A DNA stretch of 64,000 bases. Origin: an uncultured cyanobacterium. Its GTDB lineage: Bacteria; Cyanobacteriota; Cyanobacteriia; Cyanobacteriales; Cyanobacteriaceae. Positions within the stretch are counted from its first letter, which is position 1, and the number at the start of each line of letters is the position of its first letter. The stretch is from the NCBI GenBank assembly GCA_963749915.1, contig CAVVOP010000020.1:192001-256000 (forward strand), read 5' to 3'. The notes beneath the pieces are model-generated. The model had not been told where the DNA came from, searched no databases, and saw nothing but the letters and a program-made list of their open reading frames with translations. The translations under genes and the position numbers were made by a program. Shown here piece after piece: positions 30,107 through 41,036 of this stretch.

Positions 30107-31762
30107 TCATTTTAACAATTTTTCTGATACCGTTAAAGTGATTAGCGATCGCAATAATAAAAAAGTAAATAATCCTGTTAAGCCGAATAAAATGACTGCC
30201 CATGAGTGATAAATAGTCGAAACGAGGAGGATACCATTGAGTAAAGAAAAACCAGTTAGACAGGCATAAATTAGGGCTTTAATGGCCAAATAAATGCTCT
30301 TAGTAATCCTTTCATTTTCTAAGGAACGTATCCTAATTTGTAGTTCCCCTTGTTCTAATCTTTCCTGGAAATTTTGGATGGTAGTTTCTAAACGGGAAGG
30401 TTTTTGTAGTTGTTGTTGGATCAAGATTTTACCTTGACGGGCAACCATTAATAATATATTGCTAGGGGAACGGGTAATTCTACGGAAAAAAGGCTGACTG
30501 GCGGCAAAAAGGCTATATTGTGGATCTAAATTACGGGCAATACCGTCAAGAGTGGTTATCGCCTTGATAATAAAAGTCATTTGGGGTGGTAAGCGAAAAG
30601 GTTGTTGCTCAAACATGATATAAATTTCCGTACTAATTTCCCGAAAAGCGTTAATATCCACAGGTTTATCGAGAAAACGAGTCAAAGAAAAGTTAATTAA
30701 GCGTCTAATGGCTGTCATATCTCCCATAGGTTTAATTAAGCCCATATATATCAATGTATCTAATACTTGATCAGCATCTTTTCGCACCATGGCAAAGAAC
30801 GTTTGTATCATCTGCTCTTGAGCCAATCCTTTTACTTCCGCCATCGCCCCAAAATCATAGAAAATAATTGAACCATCTTTCCTTACCGCCATATTACCTG
30901 GGTGAGGATCTGACTGAAAAAAACCATCTTCCAATAGTTGTTTTAAATAAGTACAAATTCCTAATTCAATTAAAGGTTTTAGAGGAATACCTTTTGTTTC
31001 TAATGTTTCTCGATCATTAATTTTTATACCGGGTAAATATTCTAATGTTAATATTTTTTTGGTCGTGTATTGCCAATAAACTTTAGGGACAATTATTCGG
31101 TGATCATTTTGAAAATTATAGCGAAAACGATCGGCATTTTCTCCTTCTTTAATATAATCTATTTCGGCAAATAAAATACTAAAAAATTCTTGATAGATTA
31201 ATTTTAATTCGTACTTTTTAAATCCAGGTAAAAAGCGATCGCCAAAATTAATAATAGTTTTTAATACATGAAAATCTAGTTTAAATAATTTTTCCAAGCC
31301 CTTTCTTTGTACTTTAATTACGACTTTTTCACCAGATTTTAATGTGGCTAAATGAACTTGTCCTAAACTAGCGGCTGCAATGGGTACTCGTTCAAATTCA
31401 CTATAAATATTATCTAATTCGTTCCCTAATTCTTGTTCAATAATAGTGATGGCATCTTCAGATAGAAAAGGAGGAACGCGGTCTTGTAACTTGCTAAATT
31501 CTTCTATATATTCTAAGGGAATTAAATCAGGACGGGTTGACAATGCCTGACCAATTTTAATAAAAGTAGGACCTAGTTTAATTAATTCTTGTACTAACCA
31601 TCTAGCTCTTTTATGATACTGTTTACTAGAATTTTTTCTGCGGATAAAATCAATAAATATAAACCAAGAAAATTGTAGTGCTACGAGAAAAATATCCCAT
31701 TGACGCTGAAAAGGGGAATAATTTTGGTAATCCCAAGATAAATTATATTGCAAGGATCTCAT
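30107..31762 (-). CDS. ABC1/UbiB/AarF atypical kinase
   Basis: LGPTFIKIGQ, AAASLGQVH, VIKVQ, DPHPGN, YDFG. Confidence 0.92.
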   Translation of the reverse strand: MRSLQYNLSWDYQNYSPFQRQWDIFLVALQFSWFIFIDFIRRKNSSKQYHKRARWLVQELIKLGPTFIKIGQALSTRPDLIPLEYIEEFSKLQDRVPPFLSEDAITIIEQELGNELDNIYSEFERVPIAAASLGQVHLATLKSGEKVVIKVQRKGLEKLFKLDFHVLKTIINFGDRFLPGFKKYELKLIYQEFFSILFAEIDYIKEGENADRFRYNFQNDHRIIVPKVYWQYTTKKILTLEYLPGIKINDRETLETKGIPLKPLIELGICTYLKQLLEDGFFQSDPHPGNMAVRKDGSIIFYDFGAMAEVKGLAQEQMIQTFFAMVRKDADQVLDTLIYMGLIKPMGDMTAIRRLINFSLTRFLDKPVDINAFREISTEIYIMFEQQPFRLPPQMTFIIKAITTLDGIARNLDPQYSLFAASQPFFRRITRSPSNILLMVARQGKILIQQQLQKPSRLETTIQNFQERLEQGELQIRIRSLENERITKSIYLAIKALIYACLTGFSLLNGILLVSTIYHSWAVILFGLTGLFTFLLLRSLITLTVSEKLLK

Positions 31763-33081
31763 TCATTCGATAATTGAGGAAAAGTAATAGTGAAAGTGTT
31801 AAGATAATTGTCTGATTTATTTAGGGAAATACTAGAAACATCAATTATTCCGTTTAAATTTTGTACCAAAGATTTGACTAAAGCCAACCCTAAACCAGTG
31901 CCACTATTGGTAACATTTTCTATCTCTTGCCCTTGATAAAAAGGTTTGAAAATTTGTATTGTCTCTTCTGCATTAATGGCACATCCATAATTACTGATCT
32001 CAATAATATTATCAGATTTTCTGGTATAAATTCGCAAAGTAATTTCAGTTTTTTCTCCAGAAAATTTACTAGCATTATTAAGTAACTCTTTTATGATTAA
32101 AGTGATACTGTTTAAATCAGTATAAATATAATCTTGTTGGTTATCTATAACTAGATTAATTTGTTTATAATGTAATTCTTGGGAAAAAAAGTTATATAAA
32201 TCGTCTAATAAAGGTTTAAGATAAATTTTTTGAGGTTCAATAGCTAACTTGTTAGATTCTAATTCTTGCAAAGTTAGAAGATTATTGACCAAATTAATTT
32301 CTTTTTCGCATTCATCTTCCAAAATATTTAAATAACGGGTACTTTTTTCATTTTTATCGATTAACCTTAACATTTTTATGCCCATTTTCATATTCGATAA
32401 AGGAGTTTTTAGGGCATCACTAAGACTAGAAATAAATTCATCTTTAACCATATTTAAGCGTTTTAATTCTTCAATATGATCTCGCATTTTTTTCCCTAAT
32501 TTTGCCTGTACATCTAAACTCACTTGCAGTTGACTTGTCCTTTCATCCACTAATGATTGAACTTTAGCAACAGTTTGTTGATTAATAATAGAGGCAGTAA
32601 TTTGTTTAGCCATCCATTTTCCTGTTTCTATCTCTGAAATTTGCCATCGTCTAGGCTGATAATTCTCCATGACTAATAAACCAAGAATTAAAGGCTGATA
32701 ATTTTTGGGATTTCGTTGTAAAACCATCGGTATCATCAACAAAGATTGAATTAAATTTAAATCAAAAACATCTGTATTATTATGACAAATATGAAGATTA
32801 TCTAGTTGTTTTTTATTACTAATTTTGGTAAACGATGGGGCTGCTTGCCAACCATAAAAAGTCAAAGGAGAATCGGATAATTGATAAGAAATAATATTTT
32901 TTTTATTACTACGTGCTAAATTTAATTGCCAATTATAAGTAACTTCTACCGTTGCCGATGGAGTCATTTTAGTTTGATTTTGACTAGAAAAATTTTCATA
33001 CTTGAATCTTAAAATCAAAAAACGATCTAGTTTTAGTATTCGTGCTGTTGTAGCAATGTCGTCATCAAAAACACCATCCAT
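31759..33081 (-). CDS. GAF + histidine-kinase-like protein lacking the phospho-His
   Basis: GAF-like N-terminus; H-box reads SDALKTPL; N, F and G2 boxes intact (ELLNNASKF, IFKPFYQG, GTGLGLALVK). Confidence 0.8.
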   Translation of the reverse strand: MDGVFDDDIATTARILKLDRFLILRFKYENFSSQNQTKMTPSATVEVTYNWQLNLARSNKKNIISYQLSDSPLTFYGWQAAPSFTKISNKKQLDNLHICHNNTDVFDLNLIQSLLMIPMVLQRNPKNYQPLILGLLVMENYQPRRWQISEIETGKWMAKQITASIINQQTVAKVQSLVDERTSQLQVSLDVQAKLGKKMRDHIEELKRLNMVKDEFISSLSDALKTPLSNMKMGIKMLRLIDKNEKSTRYLNILEDECEKEINLVNNLLTLQELESNKLAIEPQKIYLKPLLDDLYNFFSQELHYKQINLVIDNQQDYIYTDLNSITLIIKELLNNASKFSGEKTEITLRIYTRKSDNIIEISNYGCAINAEETIQIFKPFYQGQEIENVTNSGTGLGLALVKSLVQNLNGIIDVSSISLNKSDNYLNTFTITFPQLSNE

Positions 33082-33223
33082 TATTTTATCTTAGGTAAGT
33101 ATTAACAGCTAAGGTTTATTATAAATGATAATTAATAATTGATAATTGATAAAGAAGAATAGGGGAGAACCTGTTTAACAAGGCTAAAATGAGAACGTCA
33201 GCAACTATTTACGAGGAAAATCA

Positions 33224-34255
33224 ATGGATATGATCCCACAGTCAGAATTAATTATCCCAGAGCATACCTTAGACAGAGATTGCACCACTTTATCCCGACA
33301 CGTTTTACAACAATTAAAGAGCTTTTCTACCGATGCCCAAGATTTAAGTGCCATAATGAGTCGCATTGCCTTAGCCGGAAAATTAATTGCCCGTCGTCTC
33401 AGTCATGCAGGTTTAATGGCAGGAGTTTTAGGCTTTACTGGGGAAACTAATATTCAGGGTGAGTCTGTGAAAAAAATGGACATTTACGCCAACGAAGTGT
33501 TTATTTCTGTGTTTAAACAAAGCGGTTTGGTGTGCCGTTTAGCTTCAGAAGAAATGGACAAACCCTATTATATCCCTGAAAATTGCCCCATTGGGCGTTA
33601 TACTCTACTATATGATCCCATCGATGGTTCATCCAATGTGGATATAGACTTAAGTGTAGGCTCAATTTTTGCCATCAGACAACAGGAAGGAGATGATTTC
33701 GACCCAGAGGCCACCGACTTATTACAAAATGGGTCAAAACAAATCGCCGCCGGATATATTCTTTATGGACCTGCCACCATTTTAGTTTATACGATGGGTA
33801 ATGGTGTACATTCTTTCTTTTTAGATCCCAGTTTGGGAGAGTTCATCTTGGCACAAGAAAATATCAAAGTTCCTGATCATGGTTCAGTCTATAGCGTCAA
33901 TGAGGGAAATTTTTGGCAGTGGAATGACTCTTTTCGGGATTATATTCGTTACGTTCATCGCCACGACGGTTATACTGGGCGTTATAGTGGGGCATTAGTG
34001 GGAGATATTCACCGTATCTTAATGCAAGGAGGAGTCTTTTTATATCCGGGTACCACAGATAAACCAGAGGGAAAACTAAGATTATTGTATGAAACTGCAC
34101 CTTTAGCCTTTATCATCGAAGAAGCTGGGGGTAAAGCCTCCGACGGGTCAACTAGAATTTTGGACATCATACCAGATAAAATTCATCATCGAACCCCAGC
34201 TATTTTGGGCAGTCAAAAAGATGTGGAGTTAGTGGAATCTTTCATCACCATTTAA
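33224..34255 (+). CDS. fbp: Fructose-1,6-bisphosphatase class I
   Basis: [38 protein letters not shown]. Confidence 0.95.
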   Translation: MDMIPQSELIIPEHTLDRDCTTLSRHVLQQLKSFSTDAQDLSAIMSRIALAGKLIARRLSHAGLMAGVLGFTGETNIQGESVKKMDIYANEVFISVFKQSGLVCRLASEEMDKPYYIPENCPIGRYTLLYDPIDGSSNVDIDLSVGSIFAIRQQEGDDFDPEATDLLQNGSKQIAAGYILYGPATILVYTMGNGVHSFFLDPSLGEFILAQENIKVPDHGSVYSVNEGNFWQWNDSFRDYIRYVHRHDGYTGRYSGALVGDIHRILMQGGVFLYPGTTDKPEGKLRLLYETAPLAFIIEEAGGKASDGSTRILDIIPDKIHHRTPAILGSQKDVELVESFITI

Positions 34256-34266
34256 AATTTTTAATG

Positions 34267-34392
34267 GGCGTTGGCGAATTGAGCTATTTTCTTACTTCTG
34301 CCCACAATGGCTCAAAGGTTTCGGCACGATGATCTCCAACTACCCGGTCAAAACTAAAGTTTTAACGTGATCCCCTGCTGTTCCCCAACGCC
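34267..34392. mobile_element. MITE-like remnant, ~126 bp
   Basis: Imperfect terminal inverted repeats GGCGTTGGCGAAT / GTTCCCCAACGCC; related lone end ATTCAGCAACGC at 18632-18643. Confidence 0.5.
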
Positions 34393-34425
34393 GATAAAGC
34401 TTCTTCCGAAATCCCAAAGATTAAA

Positions 34426-35475
34426 CTACCTCTTTGTTCGAGTCCTTATTTTTGTGGAAGATAAAGGTATCAATTCAACCAAGGCAAAAGGAATAAGACA
34501 TAAAGGCCACAAGAAATATTGCAAGAACAGTACTGAATTAAAATACACAAATGTCATCATGGTCATTGCGGAAGACACAAACATGCCTAAGTTTTCTTTC
34601 AGAAAACTTAGGTAAAGCATTCCCATGAGAAATACCATGAATAACTTGGCTTTTAATCCTATAATCCAGGTGAATTCTTCAGAAAAAACAACATCAACTG
34701 AAGGTGCGGCTTCTATATGGGAACTTTCTAACCGTGTCGCTGAAAAAAAGATGGATTTGAAGAAGCCTTCGGCATTCCAAATCAGAAAAGGCAATGAAAT
34801 TAACAAAGGAATGCTTAAAATAATCAAAAATCCAAAAACCAGATATTGAGCCCGTCTATTTTTATCTCCATTTTTCCAGAGGTATATGAGATACAAAGGT
34901 AGCAAAAATATTGCAATCTGCTTAATTGCCAAAGAGATACTAAACAGAAGTAAAGAAAGTTTTGTCTTCTCTTTCAAAAGGACTAAAGATAATAGTAAAA
35001 AAAAGATCGCTGCGAACTCCAGGTGGTGAATACGTGCAATATAGACACTCCAGCGACTTAATAAGATGGTTGTAGAGGAAACAAAGCCAAGTATCCATAA
35101 ACCCCGCATTTGGAAATATCTCAATGTTAAGGCAACTATACCAATGTGGAAGGAAAAAGAAATAGGTCGCCAGAAGTATAACCAGTCACGAAAATCTGGA
35201 AAACCAAGCTTTTGAACCAGTGCAGAGAAAAGGTAGGCAAGTGGGAAATAAGTTGCATATTTATCATTGACCCTCATGTCACCGTCCAAAACTCTGGCAT
35301 AGGGATTTTCCCCAATCATAATTCTTTTGCCTTCTAGCCAAATATAGTAAATATCTTGCCCCTTTAAAGAATCGGAAGGTGTTAGCCAGAATTTAACATG
35401 CACCAACAAACCGACAGAAACCAGGATCAGGAGGGTAAGCCAATATTTTTTATCCCATCTATGTAAAGTTGACAT
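34426..35475 (-). CDS. Polytopic membrane protein, GT-C (GT87-like) glycosyltransferase
   Basis: D..Y...G..I..GENPY, YATYFP, SLAIKQ motifs and many TM helices. Confidence 0.6.
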   Translation of the reverse strand: MSTLHRWDKKYWLTLLILVSVGLLVHVKFWLTPSDSLKGQDIYYIWLEGKRIMIGENPYARVLDGDMRVNDKYATYFPLAYLFSALVQKLGFPDFRDWLYFWRPISFSFHIGIVALTLRYFQMRGLWILGFVSSTTILLSRWSVYIARIHHLEFAAIFFLLLSLVLLKEKTKLSLLLFSISLAIKQIAIFLLPLYLIYLWKNGDKNRRAQYLVFGFLIILSIPLLISLPFLIWNAEGFFKSIFFSATRLESSHIEAAPSVDVVFSEEFTWIIGLKAKLFMVFLMGMLYLSFLKENLGMFVSSAMTMMTFVYFNSVLFLQYFLWPLCLIPFALVELIPLSSTKIRTRTKR

Positions 35476-35589
35476 GGCGAATTATTGGAAAATTAAATTT
35501 AGGTTGGACTAATCACTTGTTTGAGTGAAATAGATAACGGGAACAAGAATAGATAGTTTCGGTTCAGTACTAAAATTGATTTTAGAGCA

Positions 35590-36708
35590 GTGATCATTTA
35601 TTTAAAAATTATGAGTCAAAAATTAAGTTTAGCCACAAGACTCTTTTTATCCCATTTAGCCGTAATGATGTTGGGTTTGGGCACCTTTGTTTTTATCGCT
35701 AAATATTCTTCTCCGCAATTTTTTGTATTACGACTAGAACAGCTAGAAAAAAAGGGTTTTATGACGGTAAGATCAGCCAAAACCTATTTAATAGAAGGGT
35801 TTGAGATGGCATGGAACCGTGGTACTTTTTGGTCATTAATTGTAGGTGGTGGCACAGCAGGATTTTTAAGTTATTGTTTAAGTCTAAGAATTATGCAACC
35901 CCTCAACAAGATGAAGGATATAACCCAACATTTTGCAGGGGGAAACTGGGAAGAAAGAATGCCAGAAAGCGATATTCCGGAATTAAATCAACTCAGTGTT
36001 AGTTTTAATCGCATGGCTAGTGGTTTAGAGGATGTGGAAAAGAGACGCAGAGAGTTAGTTAATGATTTAACCCATGAATTGCGTACTCCTTTAACCGTTG
36101 TTAGAGGATATTTAGAAGAGTTGGCCGCAGGAGATATAGAGCCTACACCGGAATTATACTTAAGTTTAGTCAGTGAAACCAGAAGATTAGAGCGTTTAAC
36201 CCGTGATTTACAGGAATTGTCCCAAGCTGAAGCAGGTTATATTTCTATTGATGCTAAATCCTTTGATATATATCCTCTCTTACAGTCTTTAGTGGCGAGA
36301 TTCTCTGATCAACTTTTAGAAGATGGCCCCATTCTAACCCTTGATATTCCCTCTTCTTTACCCCCCATCATAGCTGATCGCGATCGTACTCAACAAATTT
36401 TGGTGAATCTAATTGGTAATGCTATACGCTATACGGAAACCGGTACAATTACCCTCAAAGCAGAAGTTAAACCCCCCTATCTCTGGTTAGCGGTAATTGA
36501 TACTGGGGTGGGTATTTCTGCTGATGATTTACCCCATGTTTTTGAGCGATTTTGGCGAGCAGACCGTTCCCGATCGAGTTATTCTGGTGGTAGTGGTATT
36601 GGATTAGCTATCGCAAAAAGCCTAGTAGAATTACAAGGGGGAAAAATAGAGGTAGAAAGTAAATTAAATCAGGGTACAACTTTTCGATTTTGCTTACCTT
36701 TGGAGTAG
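35590..36708 (+). CDS. HAMP-domain sensor histidine kinase (no adjacent response regulator)
   Basis: 2 TM, HAMP, THELRTPL, NLIGNAIRY, DTGVGI, FERFWR, GSGIGLAI. Probable start ATG 35611. Confidence 0.92.
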   Translation: MIIYLKIMSQKLSLATRLFLSHLAVMMLGLGTFVFIAKYSSPQFFVLRLEQLEKKGFMTVRSAKTYLIEGFEMAWNRGTFWSLIVGGGTAGFLSYCLSLRIMQPLNKMKDITQHFAGGNWEERMPESDIPELNQLSVSFNRMASGLEDVEKRRRELVNDLTHELRTPLTVVRGYLEELAAGDIEPTPELYLSLVSETRRLERLTRDLQELSQAEAGYISIDAKSFDIYPLLQSLVARFSDQLLEDGPILTLDIPSSLPPIIADRDRTQQILVNLIGNAIRYTETGTITLKAEVKPPYLWLAVIDTGVGISADDLPHVFERFWRADRSRSSYSGGSGIGLAIAKSLVELQGGKIEVESKLNQGTTFRFCLPLE

Positions 36709-36780
36709 AGTTTTTAGATGCCGATTATTTGGTTTCCCTTGATAAATAGCATATTCCCCTTAGAATAAGAATAAAATCAT

Positions 36781-37245
36781 ATGCTAATTAATTTTCTCAT
36801 TGCTACTTTTTTTATTGCCAATAATCAATTGTTACCCCAATTTAGTGAACTAAAACAAAGGTTAGAAAGGTATAATTTTACCGTTAAAATTGAGTCGCCT
36901 CCCGTGAGGAGTACCTACGGTTTACTAGAGGTAAAAACTCGTACTATTTGGATTGAGCCCATAGTTTTCGATTTAGGCATTGCTTTACCCACTCTTATTC
37001 ATGAAGCTACCCATGCAGCTCAATTATGTGGGGGAAATGGCGAAATTAGGGCCTTAAATTTACCCTTGTCTCCTCCGAATATTAGCCGCCCTTTTTTTAC
37101 CCATTATAATCATGGTTTAAGAAGACATTTAGAAGCGGAGGCTTACGCGGTGCAAACTCACCCGGATGGTTATCATATAGTAATTTCTTTACTAGATAAA
37201 AACTGTCAAATGAACCAGCCCGCAGGGGAATTCGACGGACACTGA
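36781..37245 (+). CDS. Hypothetical exported HExxH metalloprotease-like protein
   Basis: LIHEATHAAQ and downstream EAEAY; hydrophobic N-terminus. Confidence 0.65.
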   Translation: MLINFLIATFFIANNQLLPQFSELKQRLERYNFTVKIESPPVRSTYGLLEVKTRTIWIEPIVFDLGIALPTLIHEATHAAQLCGGNGEIRALNLPLSPPNISRPFFTHYNHGLRRHLEAEAYAVQTHPDGYHIVISLLDKNCQMNQPAGEFDGH

Positions 37246-37336
37246 AAGCTTTATTCTCTGATCAGCTACAAGTCCTATTCTCTCCTTGTCAGACCAAAAA
37301 TTTATGTTTTCATCGAGCTAACGTGAGGGCAGGTTT
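37212..37336. mobile_element. MITE-like remnant overlapping the end of ORF 36781-37245
   Basis: Outer IR GAACCAGCCC / GGGCAGGTTT; inner IR TTCGACGGA / TTCATCGAG. Confidence 0.45.
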
Positions 37337-37361
37337 CTCACCCCTTCAGAGTCGGGTAGAA

Positions 37362-38420
37362 TTAAAAGTTTAGTTTCTGTAGTAGTAAATCTATGTTGAA
37401 ATGTTCTTCTATTAGATTTTGCACACATTCCACTTTAATCGTTTCGTGTAGTCTTACCGTACCGAATGCTCGATTGACTATTTCCACGGTGGTAAGGGTA
37501 TCGAAATTTACCTCTAAAATTGGTATTTCTAAGTCCTCAGCACGAGCTAAAATTAGTTGTTGTGGGGGGGTATGACCCGTTAGAATCAAGCAGTTTGTGG
37601 AGCTTTCCAAGGCCGCTAGTTGTAAATCTGTGCGATCGCTTCCGGTTATTACTGCCATGTTTTGCTGTTGGCGGAAATATTCAAGGGCAGAGTTTACATT
37701 CATGGCACCAACGGTAAGGCTTTCTACCATTAAGTCCAAACGATCTTCTCGACATAAAACCTTTGCGTTTAATTGAGAAACTAATTCCCTGACACTAACA
37801 CTTTGTAAAAGTCTGTCAGTGGGCAACATTCCCAAAATATCTATATCTTTAGATTTGAAAAAGGGTTTAATGGTATTTTCTAAAATGTCTAATTGTTCAT
37901 GGGGAATATTATTAATTAAAACTCCGATGAGACGATTTCCTAAAATTTGTTTAGCCGCTAAAATTTGATCAATAATCAACAAAGGTTCATACTTGACTAC
38001 TAATAACAAACAAGCGTCTATTTTTTCGCTAATTTCTGGTGCTGAAAGCTGAAATAAATTTCCTTGAGTTAAATTTCCTGCACCTTCTAGCAGAATTAAA
38101 TCCGCATCGATAGACGTACAGTATTCTACTAATCGATCTTGATAATTATTTTCTTTGTCAAGATATTCAATAATAGTTTTTTCATCTAAGAGTAATAATG
38201 GTGATTTTAGTTGAGATTCAGACAAGTTTAAAGTTTGACTAATAAATTGTAAATCTTGTTCGTCTCTAAGGCTGTCTGATGGTTTAAAACAAGTGCCGAT
38301 GGGTTTACCGTAACCTAGTTTAATGCCTTTATTTTGCAGTTGATGAGCGATACCTAAAATAGTAGCGGTCTTACCCGTATATGGTTCACTGGAAGCGATT
38401 AATAAATATTTGCTTGACAT
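37362..38420 (-). CDS. Phosphotransacetylase N-terminal-like (BioD/AAA_26 + DRTGG) protein
   Basis: YTGKT, YGKPIG, LLEGAG, VGAM, ITGSDRTD. Confidence 0.85.
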   Translation of the reverse strand: MSSKYLLIASSEPYTGKTATILGIAHQLQNKGIKLGYGKPIGTCFKPSDSLRDEQDLQFISQTLNLSESQLKSPLLLLDEKTIIEYLDKENNYQDRLVEYCTSIDADLILLEGAGNLTQGNLFQLSAPEISEKIDACLLLVVKYEPLLIIDQILAAKQILGNRLIGVLINNIPHEQLDILENTIKPFFKSKDIDILGMLPTDRLLQSVSVRELVSQLNAKVLCREDRLDLMVESLTVGAMNVNSALEYFRQQQNMAVITGSDRTDLQLAALESSTNCLILTGHTPPQQLILARAEDLEIPILEVNFDTLTTVEIVNRAFGTVRLHETIKVECVQNLIEEHFNIDLLLQKLNF

Positions 38421-38512
38421 AATAATTAGCGATTATATTTTAATGAACAGTTAACAGTAAAAAAAAAGACAAGGGACAAAAGAAGAATTTTTCTTTTAGT
38501 CTGACTTCTCTT

Positions 38513-39172
38513 CTATAAGACTCCTTTAGAACTAGGGATTTCGTGGATACGACGAGCATCTATTTCTAAAGCCATACGCATGGCTCTAGCAAAGGCTTTA
38601 AAAGTTGCTTCGATGATATGATGGGAGTTGATACCCTCTAATTGACGAATATGTAAAGTAATTTGGCTATGATTGACTAAAGCCACAAAAAATTCTCTCA
38701 CTAATTGGGTGTCATAGTTACCAACTCTTTGGGTGGGTATGTCTAAACCATAGCTTAAATGTGGTCTTCCTGAAAAATCAAGGGCGACTTGGATTAGGGC
38801 TTCATCTAAAGGGGCCACAAAATGCCCAAAACGATGGATTCCTTTTCGATTACCTACGGCTTGGGCGATGGCCTGTCCCAATGTAATCGCCACATCTTCA
38901 TTCGTATGGTGATCATCAATTTCGATATCTCCTTTGGCTTGAATATCTAAATCTAATAAGCCATGAGAACAAATTTGGTGTAACATATGATCGAGAAAAG
39001 GAATGCCTGTATTAACATTACATTTTCCTTCCCCATCAAGGTCAATTTGTACTTGAATATCTGTTTCTTTGGTGGTGCGGCTGATAGAGGCAACACGGCT
39101 TTGATGGGCTATAGATTCTAAATTAGTGGGTAAAGTAGTGATAACTGACATTTGAATGTGTTTAAAAATCAA
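38513..39172 (-). CDS. hisB: Imidazoleglycerol-phosphate dehydratase
   Basis: [38 protein letters not shown]. Confidence 0.97.
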   Translation of the reverse strand: MIFKHIQMSVITTLPTNLESIAHQSRVASISRTTKETDIQVQIDLDGEGKCNVNTGIPFLDHMLHQICSHGLLDLDIQAKGDIEIDDHHTNEDVAITLGQAIAQAVGNRKGIHRFGHFVAPLDEALIQVALDFSGRPHLSYGLDIPTQRVGNYDTQLVREFFVALVNHSQITLHIRQLEGINSHHIIEATFKAFARAMRMALEIDARRIHEIPSSKGVL

Positions 39173-39344
39173 TAATTATGTCTCAAGATATATCTATCAT
39201 ACTCGTTTTTCAACTGAGAGCAATTCTAGCAGGATCAACTGGTAACTGGAGTCAATTTTCTGAAGTTAAGAAAAAATAATCACTTCTTTTTTGAACTTGT
39301 TATGCTTTAGATAGATAAGAATATGACGATTTTAATTTAGGGAG

Positions 39345-39755
39345 ATGTTTTATATTATGACTGCACAAGCTGATGAAAAACAATTAGTTAATGAATCTGA
39401 TGCTGATGGAAACCAAAATTTTATTGATAAATTAAAAGTTTTTTTCGCTAGTTGGCGGTTTAAACTTACGGCGGTGATTGCTATGTTGATAATGACTGTC
39501 TTACTGGTTTTTTATTGGCAACACTTAATTGCGGGGATAGGCATGCGGATTTGGGCTAATCATGCTGAGGCAAAGGCGATCGATTGTATGGTAAGGGATA
39601 CTAATAATGATGAGTATATTAGTTGTACGGCAATGATCAACGATCAGATTGTGCCTTTGGAATGTAGCACAAGTATTTTAAATATTGGTTGTCGGGTGAA
39701 TTATGGTAGTGCTTCTCCTTCTTTGAAAAATTTGGGGGTGAAGGGAAGTCGTTAA
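39345..39755 (+). CDS. Hypothetical membrane-anchored protein with Cys-rich C-terminal domain
   Basis: One TM helix, four Cys, EF-hand-like DTNNDEYIS loop. Confidence 0.65.
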   Translation: MFYIMTAQADEKQLVNESDADGNQNFIDKLKVFFASWRFKLTAVIAMLIMTVLLVFYWQHLIAGIGMRIWANHAEAKAIDCMVRDTNNDEYISCTAMINDQIVPLECSTSILNIGCRVNYGSASPSLKNLGVKGSR

Positions 39756-39759
39756 TTCT

Positions 39760-39969
39760 TTATTTACTTTTGACGTAAGCAATAGCTTGTGTCCAAATTA
39801 GGATTTGCTCTTTTTCACGATTCTGAAGGCAGAAACAGTTTTGATCTTGCCAAAGAATTATGCCTTCTTCGTTTTCACTGGTTATTAAGCCAATTTCTAT
39901 GGTAGTTTTATTTTTTATAAAGTTTTGTATTTGTCGTACACTAGGAGAGCCGGTGTTAAATGCGCTCAT
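39760..39969 (-). CDS. hfq: Cyanobacterial Hfq-like RNA chaperone
   Basis: FNTGSPSVRQIQ...GIILWQD...ILIWTQAIAY; next to dapF as typical of cyanobacteria. Confidence 0.85.
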   Translation of the reverse strand: MSAFNTGSPSVRQIQNFIKNKTTIEIGLITSENEEGIILWQDQNCFCLQNREKEQILIWTQAIAYVKSK

Positions 39970-40005
39970 AATTATAAGTTTAAGTTATTGCTTTTTATTT
40001 AGGAT

Positions 40006-40890
40006 TTGACTATGACTTTGAAGTTTAGCAAATATCATGGACTTGGTAATGATTTTATTTTAATTGATAATTTGGCTTCTCCTGATCCTCTTCTTTCTCC
40101 TAATGAGGCGGTTAAATTATGCGATCGCCATTTTGGTGTTGGTGCTGATGGGGTGATTTTTGTCTTACCGGCAAAGAATGGTCTTGATTATAGTATGCGC
40201 ATTTTTAATTCTGATGGATCTGAGCCAGAAATGTGCGGTAATGGGATTCGCTGTTTTGCTCAATTTATCACAGAGTTAGAAGGAATTGAACGAGTTGGAA
40301 AAACTTATACCATTAATACTCTAGCCGGGTTAATTTGTCCGACCATTAAGGGTAATGGACAAGTCAAGGTAGATATGGGTGAACCACAATTATTAGCACA
40401 ACAAATCCCCACTACTTTGGGGGAAAAAGAGGGAAAGGTCATTAATCAATTACTGGTCGTTGATGATACTGAGTATTTTGTCACTTGTGTTAGTATGGGC
40501 AATCCCCATTGTTTGGTGTTTGTGGATGATATAGATAGTGTGGATTTACCGAAAATTGGTTCTTTGTTTGAGAATAATAATTGTTTTCCTCAAAGAACGA
40601 ATACTGAGTTTATACAAATTATGGGTTCCGATTATGTGAAAATGAAGGTATGGGAAAGAGGTGCAGGTATTACGTTAGCCTGTGGTACTGGTGCTTGTGC
40701 TACTGTAGTTGCGGGAGTTTTAAATAATAAGTGCCATCGCATCACGACGGTGGAATTACCCGGAGGCTGTCTTGAGATAGAATGGTCAGAAAAAGATAAC
40801 CATGTTTATATGACTGGACCTGCTACTAAAGTATTTTCTGGAGAACTTCCCACAAAAGTAATCCATGACCAAAATTTCCTCCTTAATTAG
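40006..40890 (+). CDS. dapF: Diaminopimelate epimerase
   Basis: [33 protein letters not shown]. Confidence 0.97.
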   Translation: MTMTLKFSKYHGLGNDFILIDNLASPDPLLSPNEAVKLCDRHFGVGADGVIFVLPAKNGLDYSMRIFNSDGSEPEMCGNGIRCFAQFITELEGIERVGKTYTINTLAGLICPTIKGNGQVKVDMGEPQLLAQQIPTTLGEKEGKVINQLLVVDDTEYFVTCVSMGNPHCLVFVDDIDSVDLPKIGSLFENNNCFPQRTNTEFIQIMGSDYVKMKVWERGAGITLACGTGACATVVAGVLNNKCHRITTVELPGGCLEIEWSEKDNHVYMTGPATKVFSGELPTKVIHDQNFLLN

Positions 40891-41015
40891 GGTCTGCTGA
40901 ATAAAACTTATAATTTTATCTTTGATTTAGTGGTGGGAGAATGCCAGTATATCTCTAAGAGGATGGTTGAAAAGGTTTATATACATTAACTATTCCCTTT
41001 GTTCAACATACACCT
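40890..41015. mobile_element. MITE-like element, ~126 bp, TA-flanked
   Basis: IRs GGGTCTGCTGAATAAA / TTTGTTCAACATACACC; TA on both sides; its left edge completes the dapF TAG. Confidence 0.55.
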
Positions 41016-41036
41016 TAATATATATATTATTGGCCA

